Source: Eledone cirrhosa
Taxonomy: Eukaryota
DNA length: 64,000 nucleotides
Reading direction: 5' to 3'
Assembly (NCBI GenBank): GCA_964016885.1
Contig: OZ024751.1
Location: forward strand, 3,658,001 to 3,722,000
The notes under the pieces were generated by a model. It saw only the letters and a list, made by a program, of their open reading frames with translations, was not told the origin of the DNA and did not search any database. Of this stretch, positions 11,880 through 23,580 are shown in pieces. The number at the start of each line of letters is the position of its first letter. The stretch's first letter is position 1. The translations under genes and the position numbers were made by a program.

Positions 11880-13870
11880 CGGAGAAACAACGATATCTGA
11901 TATTGGTAGTAGAGATTAATATACTTCAAACATCGACAAGGTGGTTATAACAATAATATCAGACCATATCACATGTAGAGCATAACACATATCTATTGAC
12001 AAAGAGATGTGGTATCATAGATAGTCACATTATAACATAGATATCTATTGAAAGACATGTTTATGACATGAGTATTATGAGAGATTATATTATAACAATA
12101 ATATCTGTTGAAAGAGGTGGGTTATGACATAGGTAATTATGGTATAAGATAGACATGTACTATCATAGATTGTTATGTTATAACAATGATATCTGTTGAA
12201 AGGGGTGGGTTATGACATAGGTAATTATGTTATAAGATAGATATATCTATTAAAACGTGTACTATCATAGTATTATGTTATAACACTATGAAAGATGTGT
12301 GTTATGATACTGGTAATTATGTATTAAAATAGATGTATTTTAAGACGTGTACTATCATAGAGAGGTGTGTTATGACATAGGTAATTATGTTACAAGATAG
12401 GCGCCTAGTAAGACATGTGTACTATCATAGATTGTTATGTTATAACAATGATATCTGTATCATGGGTGGTCAGGATGTAACAAGGATAACTAATGATATC
12501 ACATGTGTAGTGTCAGCGGTGATTATGCTATATCTGATGAAGAATTTGTGTTGTATCATAAGTGGTCATGTCATAACAACGATAACTGTTGATAGCATAT
12601 GTATAGTATGGGAGGTGATCATGTTATAACAATGATAACTGATGACAGAGTTGTGTTGTATCAGAGCCAGGATGTTTAATTTTGGAGGTGAGTTGTAACT
12701 TAATTAGTCATGTTGTAACAGATATTTGTTGCTAACATATGCATAGTATCAGAGAGGGCATGATTATAACAGCTATTTATTGATAAAGCTGTGTTATAAC
12801 ATGAGAGGTCAGTGTATAAGATATATATCTGCTAGAGATGTGCTGTGTCATATGTCACTATGTTATAACAATGATATGATAACGACGTGTTGGCAATGTT
12901 ATAACAATTATATCTGATGATAGATTTGCCTTCTAAGATAGACATACATGTTATGGCAATCATAATTGCTGATGGAGTTGTGTTATAGCATAGTTGGTCA
13001 TGTAATAATACAGATATACATGGTGACCACAAAACCACCCCGAGCTTGATTATCGCATTGATGTTTGCCAAGCAGTAAAAGGGGCACACATCGAGTGTCG
13101 ATGATATAAACCAATACCACATGAAACTTTGTTAGTTTATGCAACTGTAGCCACCAATATTGTAAGAATATTCCTTTAAGTTTTCATATTATAAGTATTT
13201 GAAATCAAGAAGTGTTTTTGTGTTTACCCTGTAGTTTATTACATGTGTGGTATCAGAGGTAGACATGCAATAACAATAATATCTGTTAATAAGAATTAAA
13301 TATGGTATAACATTGATATCTATTGATAGAAAAGTGTTTCAACATGGCTAGTCATGTTATGAGATATATATCTGTTGATATCACATGTGTGCCATAAATG
13401 GCATTTGTGTTATAATGTATATATGCTGATATTGAAGTGCGCAATATCCAAAGTGGATTTGTAGAACAGCGATATCTACTGATATCAGTATTATAGGTAT
13501 TTGTGGTAACCTCTATCTATTGATAGAGGTGAATAATATCTTAAATAGCTATGGTATAAAATAGATATGTGTTTGCAGTGGATTGGTAGAACAGAAATAT
13601 CTACTAATATAGATGTATTGTATCATATCTTGGCACAGATAGGTCAACCATAGTATAATTTAGTAATCTGTAGATATTGCTGTGTTGTATTAAAGGTAGT
13701 CGTATTAATAATAATATTTGTTTCTACTTTAGGCACAAGGCCAGCAATTACCCAGTTGTTGAGAGAAATGTGTAACACAGATATATTTGGCGCTTACTAT
13801 AACTAACATATCTAGCGATATAGGTGTACTGTGTCGTGTTATAACATATATGTATAAGTAAAAAGTGATA
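11880..13870. repeat. Degenerate tandem repeat of about 50 bp
   Basis: Recurring gttataacaatgatatctgttga, gttatgacataggtaattat and tactatcatag. Confidence 0.65.
13019..13231 (+). mobile_element. Tc1/mariner internally deleted element
   Basis: Imperfect TIRs catggtgaccacaaaa / ttttgtgtttaccctg with TA flanks; transposase tail ELDYRIDVCQAVKGAHIEC. Confidence 0.7.
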
Positions 13871-14310
13871 GCACGAGAAAATGAAAGGGAAATACTGCTC
13901 AACTTATTTTTTGTCATCTTCCATTTGCCAAAAATATATTTCTCCCGAAAGAATAAGGATTACTTATACAGAATTAAGGTACTATACCGACAAATTAGTT
14001 ATCGTTAACTGTAACATTTGCTGACACATAAAGTGCATATTATAGTTATTAAATGTGTACAATAAGACATAGGTATGTTATTGAATTGATAAGAAAACAG
14101 ATATTGCATAATAAAGATAGTAACAATGTATTAATATGGCTATATATTAAAATATGTATATATATAGGGGGGGGGGGTTCTATATGCGTATGATGTATAT
14201 ATAAACATATATTATATATATTATATGAATTACAAATAAATTATATATTAATATATATTATATATAGGATATATTAGTAATATATTAGTAATATATTAGT
14301 AATATATATA

Positions 14311-14680
14311 TATATTCTTAAGTACACATCGGCTGACTAGCCTAATTTGCATATACTCGCTCGGTATGCAAATTAGGCTAGTCAGCCGATGTGTACTTAA
14401 GAATATACTATATATTTTCAACCGTTCAACAGATTGGCAGAGATATACAGTCCTGATGAATGGTAATGATCCAGAAACATCTTGATTGTTCCTCAAGCCT
14501 GTGTTGAACAAAAGGGTGACGATCTGTCACCGACACAGCTTCAAATCGGGCCATTTCTTTTACAAATGAATCGAACATTATTCTTAATGTTCGATGTAAC
14601 CCATACGTACATATGTATATGTATATATGTGTGTATATATATATATATGTCTGTACGTGTTCATACTTACACACACACAC
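14311..14680 (+). mobile_element. Diverged monomer of the 466-bp hammerhead repeat with 5' fold-back
   Basis: 43-bp arms 14311-14353 / 14365-14407; atgcaaattaggct; degenerate hammerhead 14447-14489; gtgttgaacaaaagggtgacg shared with the array. Confidence 0.75.
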
Positions 14681-14682
14681 AG

Positions 14683-14764
<82 letters not shown>

Positions 14765-15309
14765 CCAACTATCTACGAAATACAATATAGTTAGCACCCC
14801 AAATGTATAATTGGGATCATACTCAGGTATATCCTAATGTTTGTTGAGTGAGATGAGAGTTGGTCAGAGTATCGCTAAAAGCTTTCTCTGTTAATGTAAT
14901 AAGTATTTTACTCTTGGATAGCCAGATATGAAAATTCCAGATATTTTGGTATGGCTATCTTTATTTATTCTTTATATGAAATATTGATTGTTTCTTCCTC
15001 TATCTCATATCTGTTATTTTGCCTGAGAAAATACCTCTATGTATATATAAATAATATGTACATATATTTATTTTTTTAATATCCAGTTGAGTTCTTCACA
15101 CGTGGTTAGAATTCCTAACAGGGTTCAATGACCTACGTGTATATTATTTTATGTTTTACGATGTCCTCCTCTTCCCATTTGGGGACAGTGTGAAATTTCT
15201 TCTTGAAGGACTGCTGGACTTTCAAACTTAGCGGTCCTTCTCGCACTGACGGAGACCATCGCTGAATATTAATATCAATGTAGTTTTTTATATTGATATT
15301 GCCTGGGCA

Positions 15310-15431
15310 TCCACTGATGAGTTATAAGAGCCCACTTGCATGGATATCTATCGATTATATGCAAGATTCTACATAACTTGGATATTATTTTCCCACCTTG
15401 TAGAAATCTTATAACGAAACGGTCGTATGGA
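15310..15431 (+). ncRNA. Type I hammerhead with large stem II insertion (pLTR family; homologue at 51545)
   Basis: tcca-CTGATGA-gttataaga...tcttataac-GAAAC-ggtc-GTA-tgga. Confidence 0.7.
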
Positions 15432-15469
15432 AAGAAAGAGAGATTTATTTAATTATGTCTCATATAAAA

Positions 15470-15600
15470 TAATACAACCAACTATCCACGAAATACAATA
15501 TAGTTAGCACCCCAAACGTATAATTGGAATAATACTCATGTATATCCTAATGTTTGTTGAGTGAGATGAGAGTTGGTCAGAGTATCGCTAAAAGCTATTG
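15470..15600 (+). repeat. 3' tail of that pLTR family (copies near 14760, 34190, 35530, 37085, 51847)
   Basis: Shared tacaatatagttagcacccc...cctaatgtttgttgagtgag. Confidence 0.8.
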
Positions 15601-15662
15601 CTATATATATACATATATATATATATATATAACAATAGTAACGAAGGTCGCTGTTATAACTA

Positions 15663-16090
15663 CAGCGTCCCCCGGCCAGTATCTTGCTCACTCAATGAAT
15701 CTGGTGAATTGCAGTAATGCAACTGCAGTCAATTGTTCAGAGTGCACACATTTACTTTACTGTAGACAGTTGGCTGTGTTTAGATAGAGATAGATGTAAA
15801 TATCTCATTTCCTGGACGATCGTTTCTGTGTAATATAACTGTGCAAATGCAGATATTCCCCTGCAATGTTCACAAAATCACGCAGAATCAGCGGATATTT
15901 ACGTAATCGGGCTACTACGCGTCTTCAGCAGGGTTTCCCAAATCATACGATAGTTCCATGCAGTGTGAACCAGCCTTCACTACTGAATGAGCTATCCAGT
16001 TCACGGCAATCCCTCACTCCGCTCCTAATGAAAAGAGGAAGAATTTCTCGCAGACCATAACACGTGATTTTGGCAGTTGAATTCAAACAA
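15663..16090 (-). mobile_element. Decayed Tc1/mariner-like remnant
   Basis: TA|cagcgtcccc end; FSSEGWFTLHG resembles the FSDEAWF.L.G transposase motif. Confidence 0.4.
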
Positions 16091-16123
16091 AAGAATTCGC
16101 GCTAATATAACATATAACATATA

Positions 16124-16154
<31 letters not shown>

Positions 16155-16155
16155 T

Positions 16156-18300
16156 TTGTATATAGCTCCATCCAAATCTGACTTAGGTATAATTAGTGAA
16201 AGCATCCTGGATAGAATCATACCAGTTCTAAAGTTCCGATCTCAACTAAAATTATCGAATGGTACAAATGAGGTTATCGACTGGTTCACTGAACTTCAAA
16301 GTAAATGCAAGACCAAATTTATTCAACTGGATATAGCCAATTACTATTCTTCTATTTCTCCAGCATTACTTAACAAAGCCTTATCATATGCAACAAAATA
16401 TACAGATCTTTCGAGTGATGAAATTAATATTATTCTTATGCTAGAAAGACCCGGAAATTTTGACATTACTGTGGGATCTACACACTCAGCTCAGGTCACA
16501 GACCTCGTTGGAATTTTCATCCTTAATCTAATTCACAGAAGATTACCTGAGCTTGACGGAGGCTTATATCGAGAAGATGCTCTTTTTGTATTAATTAACC
16601 ATAATAATAGCGCCCTTAATAACAAACAAAAATTATAAGTGACTTTTTAAATAATTACGGCCTTAAACTCGAAATTGAAAATAATAATGGAATAGTTAAC
16701 TTCTGGCCTTTACTACTCGTTCCATTAATTAAATGAAAACCTTAATTATGTTAGCTTCCATTCAAACCACCCTAGAAATGTTAAAAGGGTTGTAGTTAAC
16801 AGCGTTCATCAAAGAATCTCTAGACTCTCAGCCAATAAGGAAATTGTTGACAGTAAGGCCAAATACTAAAACGATGCGTTAAATAGAGCAGGTTACTCTG
16901 ATAAAATCGAATATATAGATTAAAATGTTTACATCTCCCTTCCCCGTATATAGATCAACATTCATTTAACATCAATACTAATACATATACATTTCATAAC
17001 AATTGTAATAATGCTGATATTCGTAACTTAAGTCACAGAACTAGGCCAAACCAGTCTTATAATCGATATAACTCCTAAAAAACCAATAAGTCATATAAAA
17101 GGATTCGATCTAGAATCACTAGGAATCAAAAAAATCTTAGCTCACCTTTTCTTCAAAGTTCTTGATAAATGCTTCCCAAAAATATAGTAGAGTTTTTAAC
17201 AGGCATACAATTAAATTCTCATACTCAACCATTAAAAATATTGCCCAAAATATGGCTAAAATTAATAATAGAAATCTCGGAATTAATCATAGAGAGTTAA
17301 CCCCTAATGGTAATCAGAGAATCACTAATAGAATAAATAACTTCTCAGTTAACAACAATTAAACCAATAACATAGACAATGAAAATCTTACGAACTACGA
17401 ACACAGAGTGACATCATTAAATAACAACATAAGTAATTGTAATTGTAAAAATAGTTATTTTTGCCCATTAAGTAATAACTGTCTTGACCGTAATTTAGTT
17501 TATAAATGCATTGTTAAAACAAAAATAAGTTTTATAATTATATTGGTGCTACTTCCTCTAAATTTAAAGAAAGGTGGTACAACCATCGTCACACGTTCAA
17601 AAGAGAAGATTTAGTACAGCTTTATCTGATTTAATTTGGTCGCTTAAAAATAATAATATAGAATATTCTCTTTCTTGTCACAAACTTTCTAATACTTTAC
17701 CTTATAAAAAAATTTCCATTTCAAAGAGTTGTGACCTATGTACCACTGAAATTCTTTACATTCTTAATAGAAAATTAATTATTAATAAACATTCTGAGAT
17801 CTTTAATTCGTGTCTCCACCGATTCTAGAAAACGTTTCATAGAGTTTTTAGTCAAGCTTTATAATAGCTAACAAAATATAGAATATTCCTTCATATATAA
17901 TTTTAATACTTATCTCTACCTATCCTCGAAAATGTTTAGAGTTAAGTTTTATAAAAAAAAAAATAGGTATTATTCCTCTATATATAATTTTCAAGCGATA
18001 TTGTTATCTTTATTTTGATTATATGACAAAATAAGTTAACCAATCTTTCTCCGTTACAATTTTTCATCTACCTTAACTTTAGGTTGTATTTAAATAAATA
18101 AAATTTAATATAAATTGATAAATTAGGCTATAATGTATACATCTTTTCTTTCTAAAATAGTTACACAAAGTATTTATAGTCTCTTCTATTCTTATATTTC
18201 CTACTTAAATAAGATTGTTGAATTGATAAATTTGACCTCGGTAATTATTTCCTTTCTTTTGAACTAAATAATTTACCTCATAGCATTATAACCTTCTCAG

Positions 18301-18380
<80 letters not shown>

Positions 18381-18900
18381 ATTATTATATACTTTTCCAC
18401 TCATATAATTTCAAAATCAAATTATACTTAAAAATAGATAATGTGTAATCCTAATTCTTTCCCCCTTATTTTCATAATTCGTTTCCCTAGAATATTTTTT
18501 CCTTTCTTTTTTTCTTTGATACAATATATATGTTGGGTTTAATAACTACTTTAATTGAATATAAGCAATATATAAACTGAATAACGGTCAATTTTGTTTT
18601 ACCAATCTACTTGCGTCATATTTTAAATCATTTCTTAAAGCAATTGTAATTATTCTCCCACTCATGTAACCGCCTATGTGTTGAGCTTTTTTCTAATGAT
18701 ATACTTGGTGGCTACTGATCTGTCCAGCTCGTGGCTACCAGCATATCATGAAAAATTATACATCTCATATGTATTGTGTCTGACGAGGACATGTTCTGTT
18801 TTATGTTATACATAAAACTTGCGTCTTGGAAATATATATAATAAAATAAATAGAGATGATGTAAAGTATATATCTTTCGTTTATTACTATTATTATTATT
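16156..18900 (+). mobile_element. Naiad-type Penelope-like element, decayed
   Basis: APSKSDLGIIS, FIQLDIANYYSSI, FDITVGS, GLYREDA (RT); NCNC...CPL...CL...LVYKC and CDLCTTE (GIY-YIG); many frameshifts. Confidence 0.88.
18775..18847 (+). ncRNA. Hammerhead motif in Penelope 3' pLTR
   Basis: CTGACGA-ggac...gtct..GAAA-tatata-TA; stem I imperfect. Confidence 0.55.
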
Positions 18901-18905
18901 ATATT

Positions 18906-19084
18906 TGGAGTGGATTGGCAGTATCGGTAGAGGGTTGGACGCCAAGCATAGAGTTACGGCCCTTGCCATTCTGAGTTCAAATCCCGCCGAGGTTAACTTT
19001 GCCTTTCATCCTTACGGGGTCGATTAAATAAAGTACCAATAATACACTGGGATAATTGCTGGCTTTGTGCCAAAAGTAGAAACA
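18906..19084 (+). mobile_element. tRNA-derived SINE family A, near full length
   Basis: A box tggcagtatcgg, B box gagttcaaatccc, conserved core gcctttcatccttacggggtcga; 14-bp TSD attattattatatt (18892-18905 / 19085-19098). Confidence 0.88.
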
Positions 19085-19104
19085 ATTATTATTATATTAT
19101 ACAT

Positions 19105-19796
19105 AATAATAGCGAACTAAATAGAGTAAAGAAAGTAATTATAGAATTCTTTAAAAATTACGACCTGAAATTAGAAGTAGAAATTAAAAATAAAATAGTT
19201 AATTTTTAGACGTAACCCTTAATTTAAACTCAGGCTTTTATTACCCATTCCATAAACTCAATGAAAACCTACATTATGTTAACTTTTACTCTAATCATCC
19301 TAAAGGTGTTAAAAATGTAATACTCAATAGTGTCCAACAACGAATATCCAGACTTTCTGCTAACAGATCCATTTTTAATAGTAAAGCTGGATATTATAAT
19401 GAAGCGTTACATAAAGCAGGATATAAAAATTAATATTGAATATGTAGAAAAAAATAATATTAATTATGAATACAATATTCATAATAATAATAATAAAAAT
19501 AAAACTAACTGTAAAAATAACAACTTGGAGAATAAATCGGGGAAAAAAATTAGGACTAGATCTATAATTTGGTACGCCCCACCAGCATCTTTAGCTATTA
19601 AAACACCTTCAGCGCATTTATTTTTTAAAGCCTTACCTTAGATAAATATTTCCCTAGATCACATAAGTATTACCCTATCTTCAACAGACACACAGTTAAA
19701 CTTTCTTATTCAACAACTATGAATATTGCTCAAAATATTGCAAAAATTAATAGCAAAATTCTTAATTTGAACCAGCATATAATTAGCGATAATAAC

Positions 19797-19862
<66 letters not shown>
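19105..19862 (+). mobile_element. Naiad-type Penelope element, 5' part (RT thumb to poly-Asn linker)
   Basis: IVNF/LDVTLNL, SNHP, IIWYAPP, FNRHTVKLSYS, MNIAQNIAKIN...NNNN. Confidence 0.85.
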
Positions 19863-19864
<2 letters not shown>

Positions 19865-20125
19865 TTTCTTTATTAACCACAAGGGTTTACATAAAGTAGA
19901 CATTAAGGACAGTGCAGGACAATGCAGGACGGTACAAATGGGCATTTCTGCGTGTAAAAAAAACAAAAACAGAGGATGTAACAAAAATAACAATGAAAAT
20001 AACAATGAAAAATTCCCCAATAGGGGGGAGACTTCGGAGGGACATTTGTGGAGAAAGCCCAGTAAAAAGCCACAATGACCCTGACCACCAAGGCAAGTGC
20101 CCTCTCCCAGTTTTCCACCTTTAGT

Positions 20126-23100
20126 TTACAGATATATACTCAGAGTCGGCCCATTCACTCGGGCCATTCTTGCTTCTCTCACCCATCTTTCAACAAAATG
20201 CTGGGAAGAGAGCACTTCCTTCTCTACTCTGATTTTCCTTTTCAAATGAAATTTGAAAAAGTCAATCAGAGCATCACCGAAGAGGTAAGTGCTCGTCTTC
20301 AGCCCTTTCAAACGTGTCCACCATACTATCTCTTTCGCCATGGCCACCAGACAGATAAAAACTGCCTGCCCATCCCGGCTAAAGGAGGAGGGCGGGGCAA
20401 TCCTCACGATGGACTCAGATGATAGCTGGATCCGTCCTAAACGCGACAGCAGGTGTTCGACATAAACCCACAAGTCAGCAATTTTCGGACACTGGACGAG
20501 TGCGTGCAGGACGGTTTCGTCGCCCTGCGCGCATCTCGGACATGCCCGGCTGACGACACCTCCATGCCTGTAGAGTTTATCCCGAACTGGCAAGGCTCCT
20601 CGGTAGCACTGCCAGGCCAGAGATTTCTGGAAGTTGTCCATAGGCCCCGGCCCGAAAGTTCTTCCGAAGAGATTGGCTAGTTGATTTTCGTCGACGCCTA
20701 GAGTTTCCCCAAGTACGTCGTCGCTCTTCCCCTCCACTAATCCTCTATAGAACGCCGAGGTGGAGTTTCCACCGATCACATTGCCCGATTGGTCGAGGGC
20801 TGTGAGCGCCTGAAAACATTCCAGTCTCCAGGCGCTCCCTCTCGGTCTTCGCTTGACCCAGGACTGCAGCTCCGTCAAGGAAACGAGCTGGGGAAAAACG
20901 CGTCTAGCAAACGGCGACCACACCTGATCACCGTCGAGGAAGAGGTGGAGATGTCGTAGCCTGAGCGCGTGCCTGCGCATCATCAGCCACGGCATGCCCA
21001 GCCCTCCACGTAGCGGGTGTTGACAACAGATGGACCGCCTGACCATCGGAGCACGTCCCTTCCACAAAAAGCGAAAGAGCAAACGCTCCAGCGCAGTCAG
21101 GCGAGGCTTAGGACAAGGTACGACGGTTAGGCGGTAGCAGATGACAGACGCGATGTACGCGTTAGCCACCTCCGCTCGACCTTTCAGGGATAGCTTCCTC
21201 TCCGCCCATTTCTGGGTGAGAGAAGCCACCCTGCTCGTCACCTCGTCCCAGTTTTTGTCCGTCTGGAGGTCCGGACCGAACCAGACCCCTAGCAATTTAA
21301 CCGGTCCGTCCGTCCAGCGCCCGACGACGCTGTTGGACGGCATGGACCTGCCTCTCCAGGTGCCGAGCTGCAGGCCCACCGACTTTTCCTGGTTGATCAT
21401 TGCTCCTGTCACCGCTTCGTATTCTCTTAGTGTAGTGCCGATCGCCTCGATGTGTTTGGCGTTCGACACCACTACGGTGACATCGTCCGCATATGCTGAC
21501 ACGGATCTTCCGCATCCTAGTTCGCGCGGGACTCCCCTCAACGTCTCCAGTTTGTGCAGTAATGGCTCGAGAGTCAATACGTACAAGAGGGACGAGAGGG
21601 GACATCCTTGGCGGACCGAGCGCATGATGTTGAACGGTTCCGACAGGTGACCGTTCACTCTCACCACAGAGCAGATGTCGCTGTGCATGGCAGCGATCCA
21701 GCCTCTGAAGACGGGCCCAAAGCCAGCCGCCCTCAGGACTGCCGCTAGGTAACGATGGTCGACCCTATCGAAAGCTTTCGACTGATCTAAATTGATCAAG
21801 GACCCACCCGTGCCAGGTTCCTTAGCTACCCTCTCTATGATGTATCGCATGAGGTGGAGGTTGTCGTGGATGGATCTGTCGGGAATGGCGCATGTCTGCG
21901 CCTCTCCCACCAGACCACCAACGACAAGCGCCAACCTCTTTGCTAGCACCTTGGCCAAAATCTTGAACTCTGTGTTTAGCAGAGTTATGGGCCGGAAATT
22001 GTCTATGTTATCCCCCTTGTTCGGATCCTTTCTCAGCAGTGCCACCGCTCCTCGGCTCACAGAACTGGGAATTCTCCCGTTCTGTTGCCAGTTGCAGTAG
22101 ACGTCCGCCAAGAGGCCTCCGAACAAGTCTGGCATCTGTACGTAAAGTTCATAGGGCAGACCATCCAAACCAGGCGATTTACCCCTTGTGCAGCCAGTCA
22201 TTGCCTCCCTTACTTCAGCGGCTGTTATCGGCTTTTCGCAACACTTCGCCTCAGTGGCCGAGAGCCGCGGCAGTCCGTCGAGGTAGACAGTAAAGTCCAT
22301 CCCTCTACCCGGCCCCCCGCTGCCCCCGAACAGCTGAGCGAAGTGTCGCTGAAAAGCTTCACACATTTGCCCGGGATCGAGTAGCATGCGCCCGTCGTGG
22401 TCCACCAAAGACCGGATCGTGGCTTTGTTGCCACGACGCGCCTCCGCCACTCGGGCCCATTGAACGGCTTTCGTCCCCTCGTGTCTGAGAGCACGCACCC
22501 TAGCTCTGACAACGCAGCCTTCGTGCTTTGCATTGAAGAATTGGTCAAGGGCCAATTTCGCCGCAAGCACGTCGGTCGCAATGCCTTTGCTAAGCGCCTC
22601 GTCTAATTTTCTAACTAGTTCTCCCTCTGCTCTATTTTTCTCTATTGCTAAAGCCTTACTAAACCTAATCGATTCTATTCTAATCGCTCTTTTCAGAGCA
22701 AACCACCACTTGTTGTTGACGATGGCCCCCGTCAACGCCCGCTTAACTAGTTCGCTAATCCGGTCTCTGTAGGCCTTGCGCGCTGGTAAGGACGCGTTTA
22801 GCTTCCAGTAGCCGGGTCCTCGTCTATGAAGCCTATCTAAGTCAAGCACACAGGTCACGAATTTGTGGTCCGTGTAGCTGACTATCTTGAATTGTGGACA
22901 GCCTATGCTAGACCTATCTATTTCCCTACAAAATACTCTATCTAGATATGATCTGGATGACCCTATGCGGTTTGTCCAAGTCCACATTGGCACATTCGGG
23001 AAATCCAATCGGTACCTGTCAGACAGTTCAAAACGCCTGAGCAGGTTGGTGAGGCTCTTGCACCCTCCACCCCTATCCGCTAATCCCACACAGTCCCAGC

Positions 23101-23545
23101 GTGCATCTAAGATCCCGTTCCAGTCTCCCACTAACACTAAAGAGCGGGACGTTCCAAGAAAGGTCTCCAGACGCCGGAAGAAATCAGGCCGCCCTGCTCC
23201 TGTCGGGGCATAGACGGCCACTAGCCTGAAAGCTTGCCCGTCTCCGCTGGTCACGTCCAGCACCACCAGCTTACCCTCTGGGTCCAGGAAGATGGCCCGT
23301 ATGGCGAGATCCAAACCTCTCCGAAAAAGCACAGCAACTCCTCCACCCGATCCAGGACGGCTGGGAGATGCGTACACATCGTAGCCGCCGAAGATCGGTG
23401 CGAAGGCCCGTGCTTCGGAGATTCTGGTCTCGCTGATGGCCACTACATCTATGTTTAGTGACCTGAGGTCGTTGAGCAGGTGACCCTGCTTCCATGACGA
23501 CCCCAAGCCACGCGCATTTATGCTGCCTATTCTGAGTGAGGTCAT
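20126..23545 (-). CDS. LINE ORF2: APE endonuclease, reverse transcriptase, C-terminal Zn finger (1139 aa)
   Basis: SINARGL, VAVYAP, GDWN, YLDR, TDH; SPGLDG, FRPITLLN, DQSKAFDRV, QGCPLS, YADD; CPRC...HALVQC. Confidence 0.95.
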   Translation of the reverse strand: MTSLRIGSINARGLGSSWKQGHLLNDLRSLNIDVVAISETRISEARAFAPIFGGYDVYASPSRPGSGGGVAVLFRRGLDLAIRAIFLDPEGKLVVLDVTSGDGQAFRLVAVYAPTGAGRPDFFRRLETFLGTSRSLVLVGDWNGILDARWDCVGLADRGGGCKSLTNLLRRFELSDRYRLDFPNVPMWTWTNRIGSSRSYLDRVFCREIDRSSIGCPQFKIVSYTDHKFVTCVLDLDRLHRRGPGYWKLNASLPARKAYRDRISELVKRALTGAIVNNKWWFALKRAIRIESIRFSKALAIEKNRAEGELVRKLDEALSKGIATDVLAAKLALDQFFNAKHEGCVVRARVRALRHEGTKAVQWARVAEARRGNKATIRSLVDHDGRMLLDPGQMCEAFQRHFAQLFGGSGGPGRGMDFTVYLDGLPRLSATEAKCCEKPITAAEVREAMTGCTRGKSPGLDGLPYELYVQMPDLFGGLLADVYCNWQQNGRIPSSVSRGAVALLRKDPNKGDNIDNFRPITLLNTEFKILAKVLAKRLALVVGGLVGEAQTCAIPDRSIHDNLHLMRYIIERVAKEPGTGGSLINLDQSKAFDRVDHRYLAAVLRAAGFGPVFRGWIAAMHSDICSVVRVNGHLSEPFNIMRSVRQGCPLSSLLYVLTLEPLLHKLETLRGVPRELGCGRSVSAYADDVTVVVSNAKHIEAIGTTLREYEAVTGAMINQEKSVGLQLGTWRGRSMPSNSVVGRWTDGPVKLLGVWFGPDLQTDKNWDEVTSRVASLTQKWAERKLSLKGRAEVANAYIASVICYRLTVVPCPKPRLTALERLLFRFLWKGRAPMVRRSICCQHPLRGGLGMPWLMMRRHALRLRHLHLFLDGDQVWSPFARRVFPQLVSLTELQSWVKRRPRGSAWRLECFQALTALDQSGNVIGGNSTSAFYRGLVEGKSDDVLGETLGVDENQLANLFGRTFGPGPMDNFQKSLAWQCYRGALPVRDKLYRHGGVVSRACPRCAQGDETVLHALVQCPKIADLWVYVEHLLSRLGRIQLSSESIVRIAPPSSFSRDGQAVFICLVAMAKEIVWWTRLKGLKTSTYLFGDALIDFFKFHLKRKIRVEKEVLSSQHFVERWVREARMARVNGPTLSIYL

Positions 23546-23580
23546 GTTTAAAATAGAGTGGAAAAGATGGGAAAGACCAC

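Noticed and set aside
18906-18990. tRNA gene
   Set aside because: A and B boxes are present, but it is a SINE head with no cloverleaf, followed by the SINE core and tail and flanked by a TSD.
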